A DNA stretch of 64,000 nucleotides from Hamiltosporidium tvaerminnensis FI-OER-3-3 (GCA_022605425.2 CM061248.1:558001-622000), one strand, 5' to 3'. Counted from the stretch's first letter, positions 27,068-39,977 are shown. A program made the numbers and translations. Notes: a model not told the origin generated them from the letters alone.

Positions 27068-29868
27068 TAAGACTATTTGCTCAATAATTATTTCATGTAA
27101 TTATGATTGAGAATATGAATACATCACATAGATAAAAAGTAAAGAAGCATTAATCTTATCATACAATTGTTTATGTAATTTTAAAAATTCTCAACAAAAA
27201 AATCCGAACAAATTATTAAATTTAATTTTACAATGAAAAATAAAAAAAAAGTATTTATTACCTTTTTCTTGGTACAAGCTATATTTTGAAAATATTTTTG
27301 AAATATATATAGTTCAAATATTTTTTTTGGATTGTTTAAAAGTTTTTATTTATTTAATATTTACTTCTAATCAGTATTATTTGGCGTGTAATATTTATGA
27401 AGAAATCGAAAAAGTCATGTTCTTTTATACAAACTATTATAATCGTCTTACTTTTCTCGAACTAAGTAAACTTTTGACTTTAGTCTTTATAATCGAGACA
27501 TTACTTGAATTAAATAATCGAAGACTATTTTACTAAATTTTCAAAGTCTTACATTTGTAACACATTATTATTGTACTGTAAAGCATTAAATAAAACAAAG
27601 CTTATTTGATATTCAAATAAATCTCAATTATATTTTAATCTATTTAATTTAAGTAATATTATAACAATTAATTCTTGGTTTAATCTTCAATAATCTATCA
27701 AAAAAACATAAAAATATTGACCAAAAGAATATTCTATGAAGTAATATTTACTTCTTTAATTGTTATTAAAATATTTAATTATTATTTTTGTTTTATTTTT
27801 TGATTCTTGTCCTATTCGATAATGTAGTTCATAGGATTTGTTAAAATGTAAAATATATTCTTTTCTTTAATAAATACTCGGTTTATTTTACGAATTAATT
27901 ATATACCATTAATGTTGAAAGCCTCTTAAATTTGAATATATTTATATAATTATGGATTTAGTTGATCTCTTGATATTATCTAATCAGGTATTACTCATAT
28001 ATAGGTTATACATATTTCTAAACTTGTATTTATACTTGTTATATTATTTGATTTCTTACATTAATAGGTTTATAGGTTTGCATTGCACATCTTTATAAAA
28101 GAATATATCTGCGTCTTAATTTTAATTTTACTTCGAGGTATTATTTGGCTGTTAACTTACAGACCAAGACATCTTATAAAAATTCTTGAACAAAAAGTCA
28201 TTTTATTTGATTATAAAATTCAAATCTATAAGTATAATGGATAACTATTAGTATATACCTAGTAAATCGTAATATTGTGAAGTTTATTATTTCCCTACAT
28301 CTTTTTTTTACAAAAATTAGACAGGTGTTACTACATAGTAGAATTATACTTTTTGTAATTAAAAAAATACCAAATATTCTCAAATTTTGATATTTCCCAT
28401 CATCTTATACAATTTAATAATATCTTTTAAGATATTTAAAACTCTATTTAGGTTTATCGAAGCTTAAATTTATTTTTAAATTGTCGTTAGTTGTAATATA
28501 AAGATAAGTAAATGAATTTATAAAGTACTGTCTTTTCGAATCTGATACACATCTATATTCCTAATTGAATAGTTATTTTTCGAATTTTGATGTCTTTTCA
28601 TCTAATAATATAAAGATTACATTCTATTTGATGCAATGTAACAGTCAATATCATTATTCTTGTCAATATTATAATGACCAATAATTCATATTGAACATAA
28701 TACATATTACTATTAATGGTTTGTGAATTATAACAATTATTTACTTCGCTATTAAAGACGAATTAGACTTTCAAGATTTTATAAAATGCACAATAAATAT
28801 TATAATTTCAAGACATGTATTAGTTATGCCTGTAATATAATCGATTTCATCTCAATTACTTCTATCTAAGGTTCATCATAAATATATTATTCATAAATCT
28901 GTGTCTTTCAAACATATATTATGTAAAATAATATTTCATTACACATTTGTTTGAGTTTACTTTTTAAAATCTATTCTAGTAATTTTCCATACTTGTTCCT
29001 TATAGTTCCTCTGAAATGTATACAGTTACCTGCATTTTATATAAAATTAGAAATATCCTATAATACAAACATTAAATTGTTGCGTTTTATCAAATTATCA
29101 ATCAATATTATGTACAAACCTTATATTTGTATTCACATAAGATCTTAGAATCTCAAGATTATGAAATATTGACATACTGATTGAAAACCGAGAAAATGAT
29201 ATAAATTAAATATTTTACACTACTCAATATAGGGTTTTATACACAAATTATTAAGAATAGTTTCCGTATGAAACTTAAAAATTCGTCACTGAAAAATGCG
29301 TAACACAAAAATGTCAAAGATAAATCGAATAAAAAGGTTTTTTTTTGATATTCAACTCATGAATTAGCTTTTACTGACATATAAAATCTTTAAGTTGATT
29401 TAAAAAATAAGATATACTCTTTCATACTACATATACATAATATTTCCATATTTGTTAAATAAAATATTTATTCACCTTAGATAGTCTATCTTTTTTGCAA
29501 ATGTACATGTAACATAAATTATATTTTTTAAGTATTTTATTCGATTGAAATACTTATCATAAGATGTAATATTAGGTTGGTGATAGACTTCATAGATAGC
29601 TTTAACCAAATAAAATCAATATCCTCTATTCATAATTACTTAGTAATACTTTTGGATTAACTTTAAAAACTCTAAACATTCCTATTTAAGTAAAAATAAG
29701 TAAATTTTTATCTATAGAACACCTGGTTAACAAATTTTTCTCTCTTTTAAACCATTCATTCCACCATTTTAACCAAAATATGTAAATATAAGTAAAAAAA
29801 TTAAAAAATCATTTTTTTTTTAAGAAAAATAGACTTTATAAATAATTTAGAAATTTTTAAGCATAGAA

Positions 29869-30369
29869 ATGTACGAATGTAGAATAAATACAAAGAATTA
29901 TAAATACACATTATATTTAAAAAATTTTAAAAAAATGATATCTTTTAAAGATTGTTTTAAATTAAACTTATCAGATGAGATATATTATAAGAAAGTATTA
30001 TTTTTTACAGTAAAAGAAAATAATGTTTATTCTAAAGTAAAAATGTGTATTTCAAATAATATTTTATATGGAATTAAAATAGAATCGGATTTTAAAGTGG
30101 AATTACGAACGTGTTTTATAGAATTGAAAAAAATATTACCAACGGTTTTTGACAAAAAACATATTTTATATTTAAATAATATTTATAAAGTGTATAAGAA
30201 TAAGGAACATGTGTATCTTTCTGTATTTAAAATACTTGGAAAGGAAGAAGCAGACAAATTAGAATTTTATGAAAATATATTTGAAGATTTTAATATTTCT
30301 TTAGATTCGTCTAATAATAGTTTGTATGATAAAAATGAGATTTTAACAGATGAAATCATAGATTTATAG
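29869..30369 (+). CDS. Hypothetical protein, 166 aa
   Basis: Uninterrupted ATG-started ORF in very AT-rich DNA with an acidic C-terminus and AATAAA right after the stop. No motif recognised. Confidence 0.6.
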   Translation: MYECRINTKNYKYTLYLKNFKKMISFKDCFKLNLSDEIYYKKVLFFTVKENNVYSKVKMCISNNILYGIKIESDFKVELRTCFIELKKILPTVFDKKHILYLNNIYKVYKNKEHVYLSVFKILGKEEADKLEFYENIFEDFNISLDSSNNSLYDKNEILTDEIIDL

Positions 30370-30489
30370 AAATAAAAGTGTTTTTAAACAATGAAGACTT
30401 TTAAATCTGATTTGTTGGATTGAATTTGAGGTTTTTAGAAATGTTAAAATAAAAAAATATTTGTAATTTAAGTATATTTCTTAAAAATT

Positions 30490-31330
30490 TATTTGTTATA
30501 GAATTTTATTTTAATTTATCTTATTTTTTAAAAAACTTAAATCATCTTTTGTTCTTCTGTATTCGACTCTTCTTTAATGTTTATTATAATTTCTCAATTG
30601 TGGTTACTTTATCTAAAATAAGAAATGAAAGATTTTTTGTTTTTATGTATTCGAAACTATCTTTCTCACCCTTCACTTGCTTTAAACAAGGCGTTAAGAT
30701 ACACTGTACATAAGCTCATTCAATAATGCTTAATGACGGTTTCTCCCAACTTTTCTCACGGTTTGTTCCAGATATAATTTCTTTTTTGTTGTGCAAAATA
30801 TATTTTTTCAGCTGTATTCTTGAGTTACATCAACCGAATATATGCTTCTACATTCATAAATATTGTAGAGTCTTAAAATATACATATTATGAGATTTTGT
30901 CACAATACTGTTTCAGGTCATTACGTAAGAACTTATCTCTATACTTCATTTATAAATAATAACCTATTCTTTGGTTAATAAATCATACTTCCTAAGTTTT
31001 TCCGTTCAAACTATTTAAAGTGAATATTGGGATGTAATTCTGACTTCAACGAGGAGTATTTTATTCTGACTTTTTTCTAAATAAAATCTACCGTGTATGT
31101 TATTCCAAATTTTTACATCGGTTTATATTCTTGTATCTACTCTTATCTTTATACAATCATTATCAAAGATTTCTTAAACTGAGTATCTGAGTGTCTCCTA
31201 ATTTTTTTTAGATTTAAATAAATATCTATTTAGTAGGAGTAATTATAAACATTTAACCACTTCATTATACTGTCTAGTATAGTCATGTCCGAACATTTTC
31301 TCACATCGAGTTGCTAAGTACTCAACAATA
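30490..31330 (-). mobile_element. Old 5'-truncated fragment of the R4/Dong-like element
   Basis: The reverse complement of 31250-31325 reads TTAGCAACTCGATGTGAGAAAATGTTCGGACATGACTATACTAGACAGTATAATGAAGTGGTT (LATRCEKMFGHDYTRQYNEVV). AAGAGTCG near 30560 matches the element's 3' region. Confidence 0.8.
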
Positions 31331-31531
31331 GATACAAAAATATAAAAAATAAATTTATTTAAATAGTAAATGAATAAATTACAGAAAGAAGAAAGCACGT
31401 AATTTTTAAACTATAAAGAACAAATTTTCTTTAAAATTTATACTTAAAAGAAAGATTTGTATAAATTATTCCCAAATTGATTTCGGTAAAAGAAAGAAAT
31501 ATATCTATGAATAGAGCCATACATTCTTAAA

Positions 31532-31718
31532 AAAAATATAAAATTATTACTTCTCCTTTCCAACAAAAATATAAAATTATTATTTCTCCTTTGTAACAAA
31601 AATATAAAATAATTATTTCTCCTTTGTAACAAAAATATAAAATAATTATTTCTCCTTTGTAACAAAAATATAAAATAATTATTTCTCCTTTCTAACAAAA
31701 ATATAAAATTATTATTTC
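31532..31718. repeat. 33-bp minisatellite, ~5.7 copies (AAAAATATAAAATAATTATTTCTCCTTTGTAAC)
   Basis: Head-to-tail units with no spacers; the central copies are identical. Confidence 0.95.
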
Positions 31719-32138
31719 ATTTTCTTAAATAATTACTTTTTAACCAACAATAATAAAATAATTATTTTTTCTAAAGAAAATAACAAATTAATATTTCTAC
31801 TTTCTCAGTTAATTAAATTTTAAAAGATATTAATTTATAAAACTACAAATTATTATTCTGCACTTTTTAAAAACTTTAAAATTTTTAACATTTATTTACA
31901 TATTTGGTAATTTTTATTTAAAACATATTTTTTTGTAACAATTTTTTATTTCTAAGAGTATTTTTATTAAAAATATTTTGTAAGTATTTAAAAGCATATC
32001 AAGACTATCTTATCTAAACAGATGAAACAGAAAAAAATAAAAAGAAACAAAAATAAAATTGTAACAAAAATAATATAAAACTATATTCTTAAAAAGCAGT
32101 AATTTACTATTTCTTATCTATACAATGTATTTTTTTAT

Positions 32139-32141
32139 CCC
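32139..32141 (+). promoter_or_regulatory. Microsporidian CCC-like motif upstream of the kinase ATG
   Basis: TTTTTTATCCCTTGAATG; the same arrangement precedes RPS14, the deubiquitinase and the FIT-like gene. Confidence 0.6.
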
Positions 32142-32145
32142 TTGA

Positions 32146-33339
32146 ATGAGTGGATCTGTAGATTTTAATTCTCAAAATCATTTTGTGTATTATATTCTAA
32201 ATTTACCCAAAGTTATACGGCGTTCTTTCTTACGTCTTTGGAAACAATTGTTTCTCATTATTTTTATTTTTTTCTTTTTTATTTTATTTTATTCCACTCT
32301 AAAACAAAAAAAATTGCGAGACATGAAAAGGACAATTTCAATGGAAATAGAACATGAAGAAGTGCTTTTAAAATACATTAATGTGTCTGTAGAGAACTGT
32401 TTGCAGGAAAAGACACGTAATGAACAGAATAAAGCTTTTCAAATGTTAAAAAGTTATTTACCAGTTAAACCAATAAAAATGACACAAATAACTGCAGTTT
32501 TTCTTTATTCTGGTAAAAAAATACCGCTGGTTATTAAAAGAGTTGTACTTCGTAAAGATTCTCCATCTTTTGAAGATATAGTTTCTATGAGATTAAAACA
32601 TCCAAATGTTTTACAGACATACCATACGTTTAAAACTTCATTTATTAATAGTAAAGATGAGAAACAAGATATTCTTTGGTTGATTTCTGAATTTCTTACA
32701 GAAAAAGTTACACAGAAAATGGTATCAAGAGATGAAGAGTTGATAAAAATTATTATTACGGATGTATTGAATGGCCTCAATTACATGCACAAGCAAAATA
32801 TAGCACATTTGGATATGAAGATAGCAAATGTTATGGGAGAACAATCGGGAACAAAAATTTCTTATAAGTTGATTGATTTTGGATATTCCAGAGATTTGAA
32901 TAAAGAACCAAATCTTCATAGTAAAAATGAAGTAGTGATTCCTCATAAAAGTTATGGAACATTTCCTTATAAACCACCCGAGGTAGTTTTTGAGAATGCA
33001 CATGGATTAAAGGCGGATATTTGGTGTGTTGGTGCCATTTCATGGTTTCTTTCACTTGGAAAAACACCTTTTTATACGGAAGACGGAGATAAAAATATTG
33101 AAGAATACAAAAAATTTGTGTCGGGAAAAACCAAGCATTTTTTCAAAGGAGAAATATCACCAGAACTTGAAGATTTTATTTTACGTGCGATGAATCCGAA
33201 CAGACATCACAGACCTACAGCAGATCAATTACTTAAACATGCATTCATTACTGGCGAAACACTGAATGACGTGAGATCCGATTCTTATTCTAATGATTCG
33301 GGATATGAAAGTTTTTCTGACAGTTACGATTCTCAATAA
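32146..33339 (+). CDS. Ser/Thr protein kinase with an N-terminal transmembrane/signal anchor
   Basis: LVIK, KHPNV, HLDMKIANV, DFG, GTFPYKPPE, DIWCVG, RPTADQLLKH; hydrophobic stretch LFLIIFIFFFFILFY; CCC at 32139-32141 before the ATG. Confidence 0.93.
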   Translation: MSGSVDFNSQNHFVYYILNLPKVIRRSFLRLWKQLFLIIFIFFFFILFYSTLKQKKLRDMKRTISMEIEHEEVLLKYINVSVENCLQEKTRNEQNKAFQMLKSYLPVKPIKMTQITAVFLYSGKKIPLVIKRVVLRKDSPSFEDIVSMRLKHPNVLQTYHTFKTSFINSKDEKQDILWLISEFLTEKVTQKMVSRDEELIKIIITDVLNGLNYMHKQNIAHLDMKIANVMGEQSGTKISYKLIDFGYSRDLNKEPNLHSKNEVVIPHKSYGTFPYKPPEVVFENAHGLKADIWCVGAISWFLSLGKTPFYTEDGDKNIEEYKKFVSGKTKHFFKGEISPELEDFILRAMNPNRHHRPTADQLLKHAFITGETLNDVRSDSYSNDSGYESFSDSYDSQ

Positions 33340-34057
33340 ATGTTTAAACTTTAAAGAAATTTGTCATTTTTATTTAAAATTCTTTACTGATTTCTAGTTT
33401 TATTTACTTTTTTCTTTGGTAAAATTTTTAATTGTGATTTTAAAAAAGATCTGATTTACATTTTTTACGATTTATTTATAAAAATGTTTTCTTTAGAAAT
33501 TTTAGTGAGTAAATAAATTCGGTTTTAAAAGTAGAGCATCAGTAAAAATAAAATTGTAATTATAACCCATTGACATGAATTTAAATGAAAAATATTTATT
33601 ATCATTGTTAAGTAAATACTATTTTATGGGGAATGAGAAGTATATATTATCTAGATTGAGACTAATAGAGGTTTCTATGCAGACACAGGTCTATATTTTG
33701 TTGTACATGTCTGTATTTGTATATTCCGAGCGTAAATTGTAAAATATATATTGATTCTTGCATTTTTGAAGTCGTGTGTTATGGATGTAATGGAAAGTTA
33801 AGAATAAATTTGGAAAAGTTAGATGCTTCGAATGTATTACAGGTAAGCAATGAGAAAATAAAATTTAATGACTTCTTTTTTTGAAGAGGTAATCATTTAA
33901 TTATTTTACTGATCTATTTATTAGTGCAGTACAATGCAAAGTGATCGATATGTAAGATATAAATATATTATTAAATTTTTATGCGCATAAATATATAACT
34001 ACAAATTCGTGCTATATCACAAAATGCATAAAAAGAAAAAAAATAAATATTTTTATT

Positions 34058-34474
34058 TTAAAGTCTTCTTCCTCTTCTACCACCTTTCTTTCGCGTAGAA
34101 TCAGTTGGTATTGGTGTAACATCTTCAATTCGACCTAAACGCAATCCAGATCTTACAAGTGCTCTGATAGCACTCTGTGCTCCGGGCCCTGGGACACGTG
34201 ATCTCATTCCTCCTCTTGCACGTAACCTGATGTGTACCGCATCAATTCCTCTTGCCTTACATCGATTAACAACTTCCTGTGCAGCTAACATAGCTGCATA
34301 TGGTGAACTTTCATCTCTATCAGCTTTTACCATCATACCACCAGTAACTTTGCATATTGTTTCCGAACATGTTAAATCTGTTACGTGTATAAATGTATCG
34401 TTAGAAGATGCCAAGATATGTGCTACACCAAAATTCAACTGTTTAACTGGTTGTTCCACTATTTCTTCAGTCAT
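34058..34474 (-). CDS. RPS14: 40S ribosomal protein S14 (uS11)
   Basis: [78 protein letters not shown]. No intron. Confidence 0.99.
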   Translation of the reverse strand: MTEEIVEQPVKQLNFGVAHILASSNDTFIHVTDLTCSETICKVTGGMMVKADRDESSPYAAMLAAQEVVNRCKARGIDAVHIRLRARGGMRSRVPGPGAQSAIRALVRSGLRLGRIEDVTPIPTDSTRKKGGRRGRRL

Positions 34475-34480
34475 TTAGAT

Positions 34481-34483
34481 GGG
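34481..34483 (-). promoter_or_regulatory. CCC-like motif upstream of RPS14
   Basis: Minus strand TTTTTTTGTCCCATCTAAATG. Confidence 0.65.
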
Positions 34484-35169
34484 ACAAAAAAAATATTAAA
34501 AAAAATATTTTTTTTTACTTTCTTATAAGAAATAGGGAAAGAAAAATTATTTCAAAAAAATATTTTACATTTTATAATCTATGATTTCAAAAAAAACATT
34601 CAAAATCGATAGTCTTTCAAAATTTTTATATAAATTTTTCGTATAAATTTATTTACTAAATTGAATTTAATTATGTTCAAAGTAATTCTAATTTTTAAAT
34701 AATTCTATACTTCTAGAAAATTTATAAAAAATTAATGACTATTCACGGAGAATTTGTTATTACAAATCCTATTTTAGAATTAATTTTTTTTAGCTTTAAT
34801 GAGTATTAAATATGAGGATCAATACTTTACAACTGTCTGGTTTACTGACGATTTAATTTGATAAAAATTAAAATATATACTTTTTAAAAATATTTTTTTA
34901 ATATTTATATGTCTAAATAAGCATTAATTAATATTTATCAATTTTTTAGGAACAAGCTACCACTGTATGTTAATTTTAATTCATAGTTTATTCTAATAGA
35001 CATAGATTGAATATTTTTTTATTTAACCGTTGCAAAGTGTGTAATTATCAAAAAAATAAAGTAAAGCTAATGTTTTTGTACGAATAAAAGTCGAATTGTC
35101 GAAAAATATACGAATATCTAAAAATTGGTTTAAAATTTTCTAAAATTTTGATTTAATCTCAAGGATTAT

Positions 35170-35370
35170 CGAACAAGATGGTGTTAAAGATGTTAAAACA
35201 AAAAATAATTGACCCCACATTTGATAGAGGAACCAAACTAGAAGAATCAAAGATAAACACAAATGAAGGGTCTGATTTAGAAGAAGAACAGATAGCTGCA
35301 AAAGAAGTAGAAGAAAATATATTAAAGTGTGAAAAAAACATTTTAACAGAGAAATTTATTTAGTAAAAAT
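35170..35370 (+). mobile_element. Short 3'-terminal fragment of the R4/Dong-like element
   Basis: GTKLEESKINTNEGSDLEEEQIAAKEVEENI matches the element C-terminus GTTLEEPTNNINEESDLEEEKIVVKAVEENI, followed by the same 3'UTR. Confidence 0.85.
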
Positions 35371-36399
35371 AAATTTCGATTTAAGTTATGTCGAATTTTG
35401 AAACGCAGACGCCAATTTATATTGGTCATTATTTTATATAATTACTAAAACTAAAAAATCAACTAGAAAAAGTATGAACTCGGTCAAAAAAATTATAAAT
35501 ATTTATAATATAAAATAAAATCGAATAAATTTCTACTTTTCTGGGTTTCTGTGTCTTTTAGGGATATTTTTACAATATATCTTTGCTTTAAAATACATTG
35601 AATAATCTGTTTTATTATGATGTTTCTGAATGTCTTATTGCGCGAATGAATTCGAGATTTTAGAAAATATAAACAACTTCGGTATCAGAGCATAGAATTT
35701 TATTATATTATTTGATTTTTTTAAATCTTATATAGTATGATAAAAAGTTATAATCCGACAATATAAAATTATATAATTTTATAATTTATATTATATTTCT
35801 ACTTAGAATCATATCTAAATGAACATTTAAATGGATAAACATACAAATTTCAAAGAGATTGTGATCGTATTTTTGATCAATGGCCATTATTCACATTAAA
35901 AACCCAACGAAACAAGCTAAGAATGATTTCAGGTTTAGTATACTCCCATATAAAATTTCTATTAGAGCAGAGCCTGGGAGAAATTCATTGGCTTTACAAA
36001 GTAAATTGATCTAATTTTTAAAAATTATAATGAATTACAACCGGTTGTTATAGATTATGCAACTTTATTTTTTAAGTGAAGAAATTTGCTTCTAATAAAA
36101 CAATTACAAACCCAATTCAATTCATATAATCTTGCTTAAGATATTAAGAATATATCGATAGAAATTATGATAACTTTATTCTTACAACTTGCGCAATACT
36201 TTTGACGCTTTGTTTGTTAATAAAACATTAATTTTAATAGATAACTTACGTAATAATAGTAGATTAAACGTAGGGAAATATGCGAACGAAAAACAAAAAA
36301 TATATTCAAGTGAAGAGTCTAAAACAAATTAAATAGAGAACTTCATTTTTCATTTGTTTTTTGTTATTTTGACACATGATAGGTTTTAATTGGTTTTTG

Positions 36400-36950
36400 C
36401 TACTTTTAAAGTTATCCTATCGAGCTTTGCTTTGCCTTTTTAATCACTAAAAAACTCTTTCCTGTACGAAAATATATAATTTGTTTCTAAATAACTCCCA
36501 TCTTAATAAGCAGGCTTAAAATTTCTGCAGTATTTTATCATTGGTTGATGGTTGTCGCAAAGCAAAATTAAGGAAACGGAACGGGTAGATTGTATTTAAA
36601 ATACGACATTTAATCAATGGTGCAATTAACCAAGTTCGTTTATAAGTGTTTAATGGTGTGTAATTGCAGTCCAAAACTCACCAAGTGGTTCCTCGAGACC
36701 AGCAGCATTCCATTTGTTCTACATTTTTCGAATCCAATAAATTTTCAAGGAAAGTATATCTCAGAAAGTGACGTGGGAGCCATCAAGACATTGCAATCTC
36801 ATATCAACAATTATAATCTTAAACTTAGATTAATGCCTTCTAAAAGGTATGTTATTTCATATTTTGTAGACGCTACTCTTCAGACTCAAATGAGTAACAT
36901 TAGGTTTCAGTTCTTTTACATAGCATTTACCTAAGGTTTTAACTGCGGTT
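36400..36950 (-). mobile_element. Possible Helitron PIF1-helicase remnant
   Basis: Minus strand TGCTTTGCGACAACCATCAACCAA = CFATTINQ (cf. FAMTINKSQG), preceded by weak RN...GL echoes. Heavily decayed. Confidence 0.4.
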
Positions 36951-37372
36951 TTCAATCGAGTTCCATAAAAAACTACAAAATAAATTTGTTAAAATTTTTC
37001 ACAATTTTTTTAATTTTCTACTTCTCATACAAATTCAAATGGAACAACCTAACATTTAGTGTGGCTTTATTACATTATAAATTCCAAACAAAATTTCCAA
37101 ACCATTTCACATACTCATTGCCAAGCCGATAGGTTCTAATGTTTTTATCCTCGTCACATCTTTTTTTTTTAACATCACAATGACTTAGAATAAATATTTA
37201 TTTAATATTTTAGATTTGCAATATAATCAAATACCTTTACCCTTTACATACTCAAGTCTTTACTTCTTTATCGCTTTATCCCCCTATCTCCGTATTCTTT
37301 TATCTTTCTAGTTCTTTATATTCTGCTCATTAAAAATATTTGTATTTGTTTATATATTTTTGTCCCTACAAT

Positions 37373-39977
37373 ATGGAATTCATCAATATCTCACTATTTA
37401 AAGAAACATGTGCCTACTGTTATACAGACGTATACGATCCACAAGGTATAATGGTGTGTAAATGTGGTATTTCAGTATGTCAAACCCATAAAAATTCACA
37501 TTTATGGACAGAAGAACATATGATTATATATTTTATATTTGCCTTTAAAAAAGCAATGGAATCCAAAGAAGAAAATGAAGAATTACAAAGTAAAGATTTT
37601 AAAAGGAATAATATTAAAAATGGTGATAATAATAATGAATTTAAAGATTTATTTGTTCATTCAACTATTTTAAGTCCCGATGAAATATATATTCTCGAAG
37701 AAAGTCTTAAAGAAATTTTAAGTAAAAATAAGAAAGAAGATAATATTCCATACGAAGATAAAACTAAGTGTACTCACGTAGAAGAAATAGAATGGAAAGG
37801 GAGCTATAGACTAGGAAAGAAACTAAGAGAAGAAATGAAAGAAGAAATTAAAGAAGAAACAGAAGAGAAAAAAACCAAGAATGAAAACATTAACGAAGAA
37901 ATTGAAGAGAAAAATACGAATTATGAAAATATTAAAGAAGAAAATACCAATGATAACAAACTATTTAACCAACAGAATATCATAACTAAAAATGATAATA
38001 AATGCACTGACTGTGAAATAACAACAAATACATGGTTATGCCTATCCTGTGGTTATATAGGCTGTGGTAGAAAACAATATGGTATGTCAGGTAACGGACA
38101 TGCCTTAAACCACAATATTAATACAAATCATAATATATTTGTTAAAATAGAAACTATTAAAGGATTAGGAACAGGAGACTGTTATTGTTATAAATGTGAT
38201 AATTATATTTATAATGAAATACTTGAAAATAAATTAAAAGATATAAATTTTTATACTTTTGGTAATTACAAGGGCACCGCAACTGAAACAGATCTAGTTG
38301 GAGATGGTACTATTAATGGAAAGGATAATATCTGTAAGGATAATGATAATCATATTGTTAATAAGGCTCATGCACTTAACACTATAAATAATAATGATAA
38401 CACTAGAAATACTAATATTAATACTATAAATACTAACATTAATACTAGAAATAATGATAACATTATAAATACTAATGATAACACTATAAATACTGATATT
38501 AACACTATCAATACTGGTGATAAAGACGGTTACTTGAAAAAATATGTTGGTATAAGAAATACGGGAGAAACGTGTTTTATATCAGCTGCACTTCAAATGA
38601 TATGTAATGCTATTAAATATGAAGAAATAGATTGTGAAGATCATTTTGTTGGGTGTAGAAAAAATCCGTTAAAGTGTTTTGGATGTCAGTTTTTAAGATT
38701 AATTGGTGGTATGAAAAGTGGAAATAAAAGTGTAATTTTTATTGATGATCTTATAAATGTATTAAGAAATGGTGATTGGAGTACAGATGCTATGACTACT
38801 TGTGGGTGTGATAATTGTCCTAGATGTGGTACGTGTGAAGGTCACTGTGTAGAATGTGATCCTGATATTGAATTCGGAAAATATAAGAAAAATCTTTCTT
38901 ATCTGAGTACACAACTTTCTGGTCTTTTAAAAGGACAACAGGATGTTGTTGAGTTCGTTGAAATGTTTATGTCTTATTTACAAGAATATGAAAATTATAA
39001 TTATTTTCCTAAGATTTCTAAGTATTTTAGAACTATAGTTGTTGTAGAATCTTACTGTAGGAGAGGTAATGGTATAAGTAGTAAATTAGAGGGTGTTAGT
39101 AATACTGATGATAACACCCCTGTTAAGGATACTATTATAAATACTGAGAATAACACCCCTGTTAAGGATACTATTATAAATACTGATATTAACACCCCTG
39201 TTAAAGATACTATTAGTAATACTGATATTAACACCCTTGTTAAAGATACTATTAGTAATACTGATATTAACACCCCCGTTAAAGATACTATATTAAATAC
39301 TGATGATAACACCCCCGTTAAAGATACTATTAGTAATACTGATATTAACACCCCCGTTAAAGATACTATATTAAATACTGATGATAACACCCCTGTTAAA
39401 GACAGTCAATACAAATGTAATTATAAGCCTTCAATTAAAAGAGAAAATATTTTTATTTTTTCTTTTCCTTTTAAGGAAAAAGTAAGTGAAGGTATAAAAG
39501 AATGTTTTAAAGAAAGCAAAGAGAAGTGTGGGTGTGGAGGTGTTATTACTACAAGAAGGAGTATAATAAATCCTGCGTTAAATATGCTTTTACATGTGGA
39601 TAGGGTTATATTAACTGATAAGGGTGTTATTAAGGTAAATGATGGTCTTTCTGTTGATAAATATGATATAGGGTGTTATTATAAAGATATTAGTGAATTT
39701 GGTGTTAGTAATGTAAAGGATATAATTTCTACAAATAATGATGAGCGGGTATCCTTGTCTTAATGAAGGAGAAGAAGAAAAGGGTATTTTAAAAAGTGTT
39801 GGTAAGACTAATTATTTATGGAAATCTTCTGTGTGTCATTTTGGAGAAAAAACCTTAAGTGGTCATTATGTTTGGGTGGTTGGTGATGAAGAGATTGTGG
39901 TTGTTAATGACAGTAGTGTTAATAAAGGAGATGAAGATGTTGTAGGACAGTCTTTTCTTTTATGTTATAGTGTTTAG
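37373..39977 (+). CDS. Ubiquitin carboxyl-terminal hydrolase, UBP14/USP5-like (zf-UBP + USP domain), frameshifted near 39740-39763
   Basis: zf-UBP: CTDC...WLCLSCGYIGCGR..G.GNGHAL.H...H...CYCYKCD. Cys box GIRNTGETCFISAALQ and QQDVVEF. The His box (CHFG...SGHYV..VND) lies in the overlapping frame 39738..39977. ATG 37373 follows CCC at 37364-37366. Confidence 0.9.
38378..38520 (+). repeat. In-frame degenerate 21-bp repeat (NTINTND-like) in the deubiquitinase
   Basis: Reiterated AACACTATAAATACT(A/G)AT units encoding NTINNNDNTRNTNINTINTNI... Confidence 0.8.
39101..39403 (+). repeat. In-frame 39-bp tandem repeat, ~7.7 copies (NTDxNTPVKDTIx) within the USP domain
   Basis: Unit AATACTGATGATAACACCCCTGTTAAGGATACTATTATA and variants. 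Confidence 0.95.

Noticed and set aside
31444-31718. CRISPR-like array, or the repetitive 84-aa ORF (LQRRNNYFIFL)n
   Set aside because: The units are contiguous with no unique spacers, there are no cas genes and the context is eukaryotic. The ORF is a by-product of a stop-free 33-bp unit.
33620-33860. Possible small ncRNA or small ORF between the kinase and RPS14 (TGCAGACA...TGTCTGTA hairpin)
   Set aside because: A single hairpin with no recognisable box motifs; insufficient support without a covariance search.
32505-34478. Antisense ORFs over the kinase and RPS14 (also 39052..39390, 47471..47701, 57449..57760)
   Set aside because: Opposite-strand shadows of well-supported genes or repeats.
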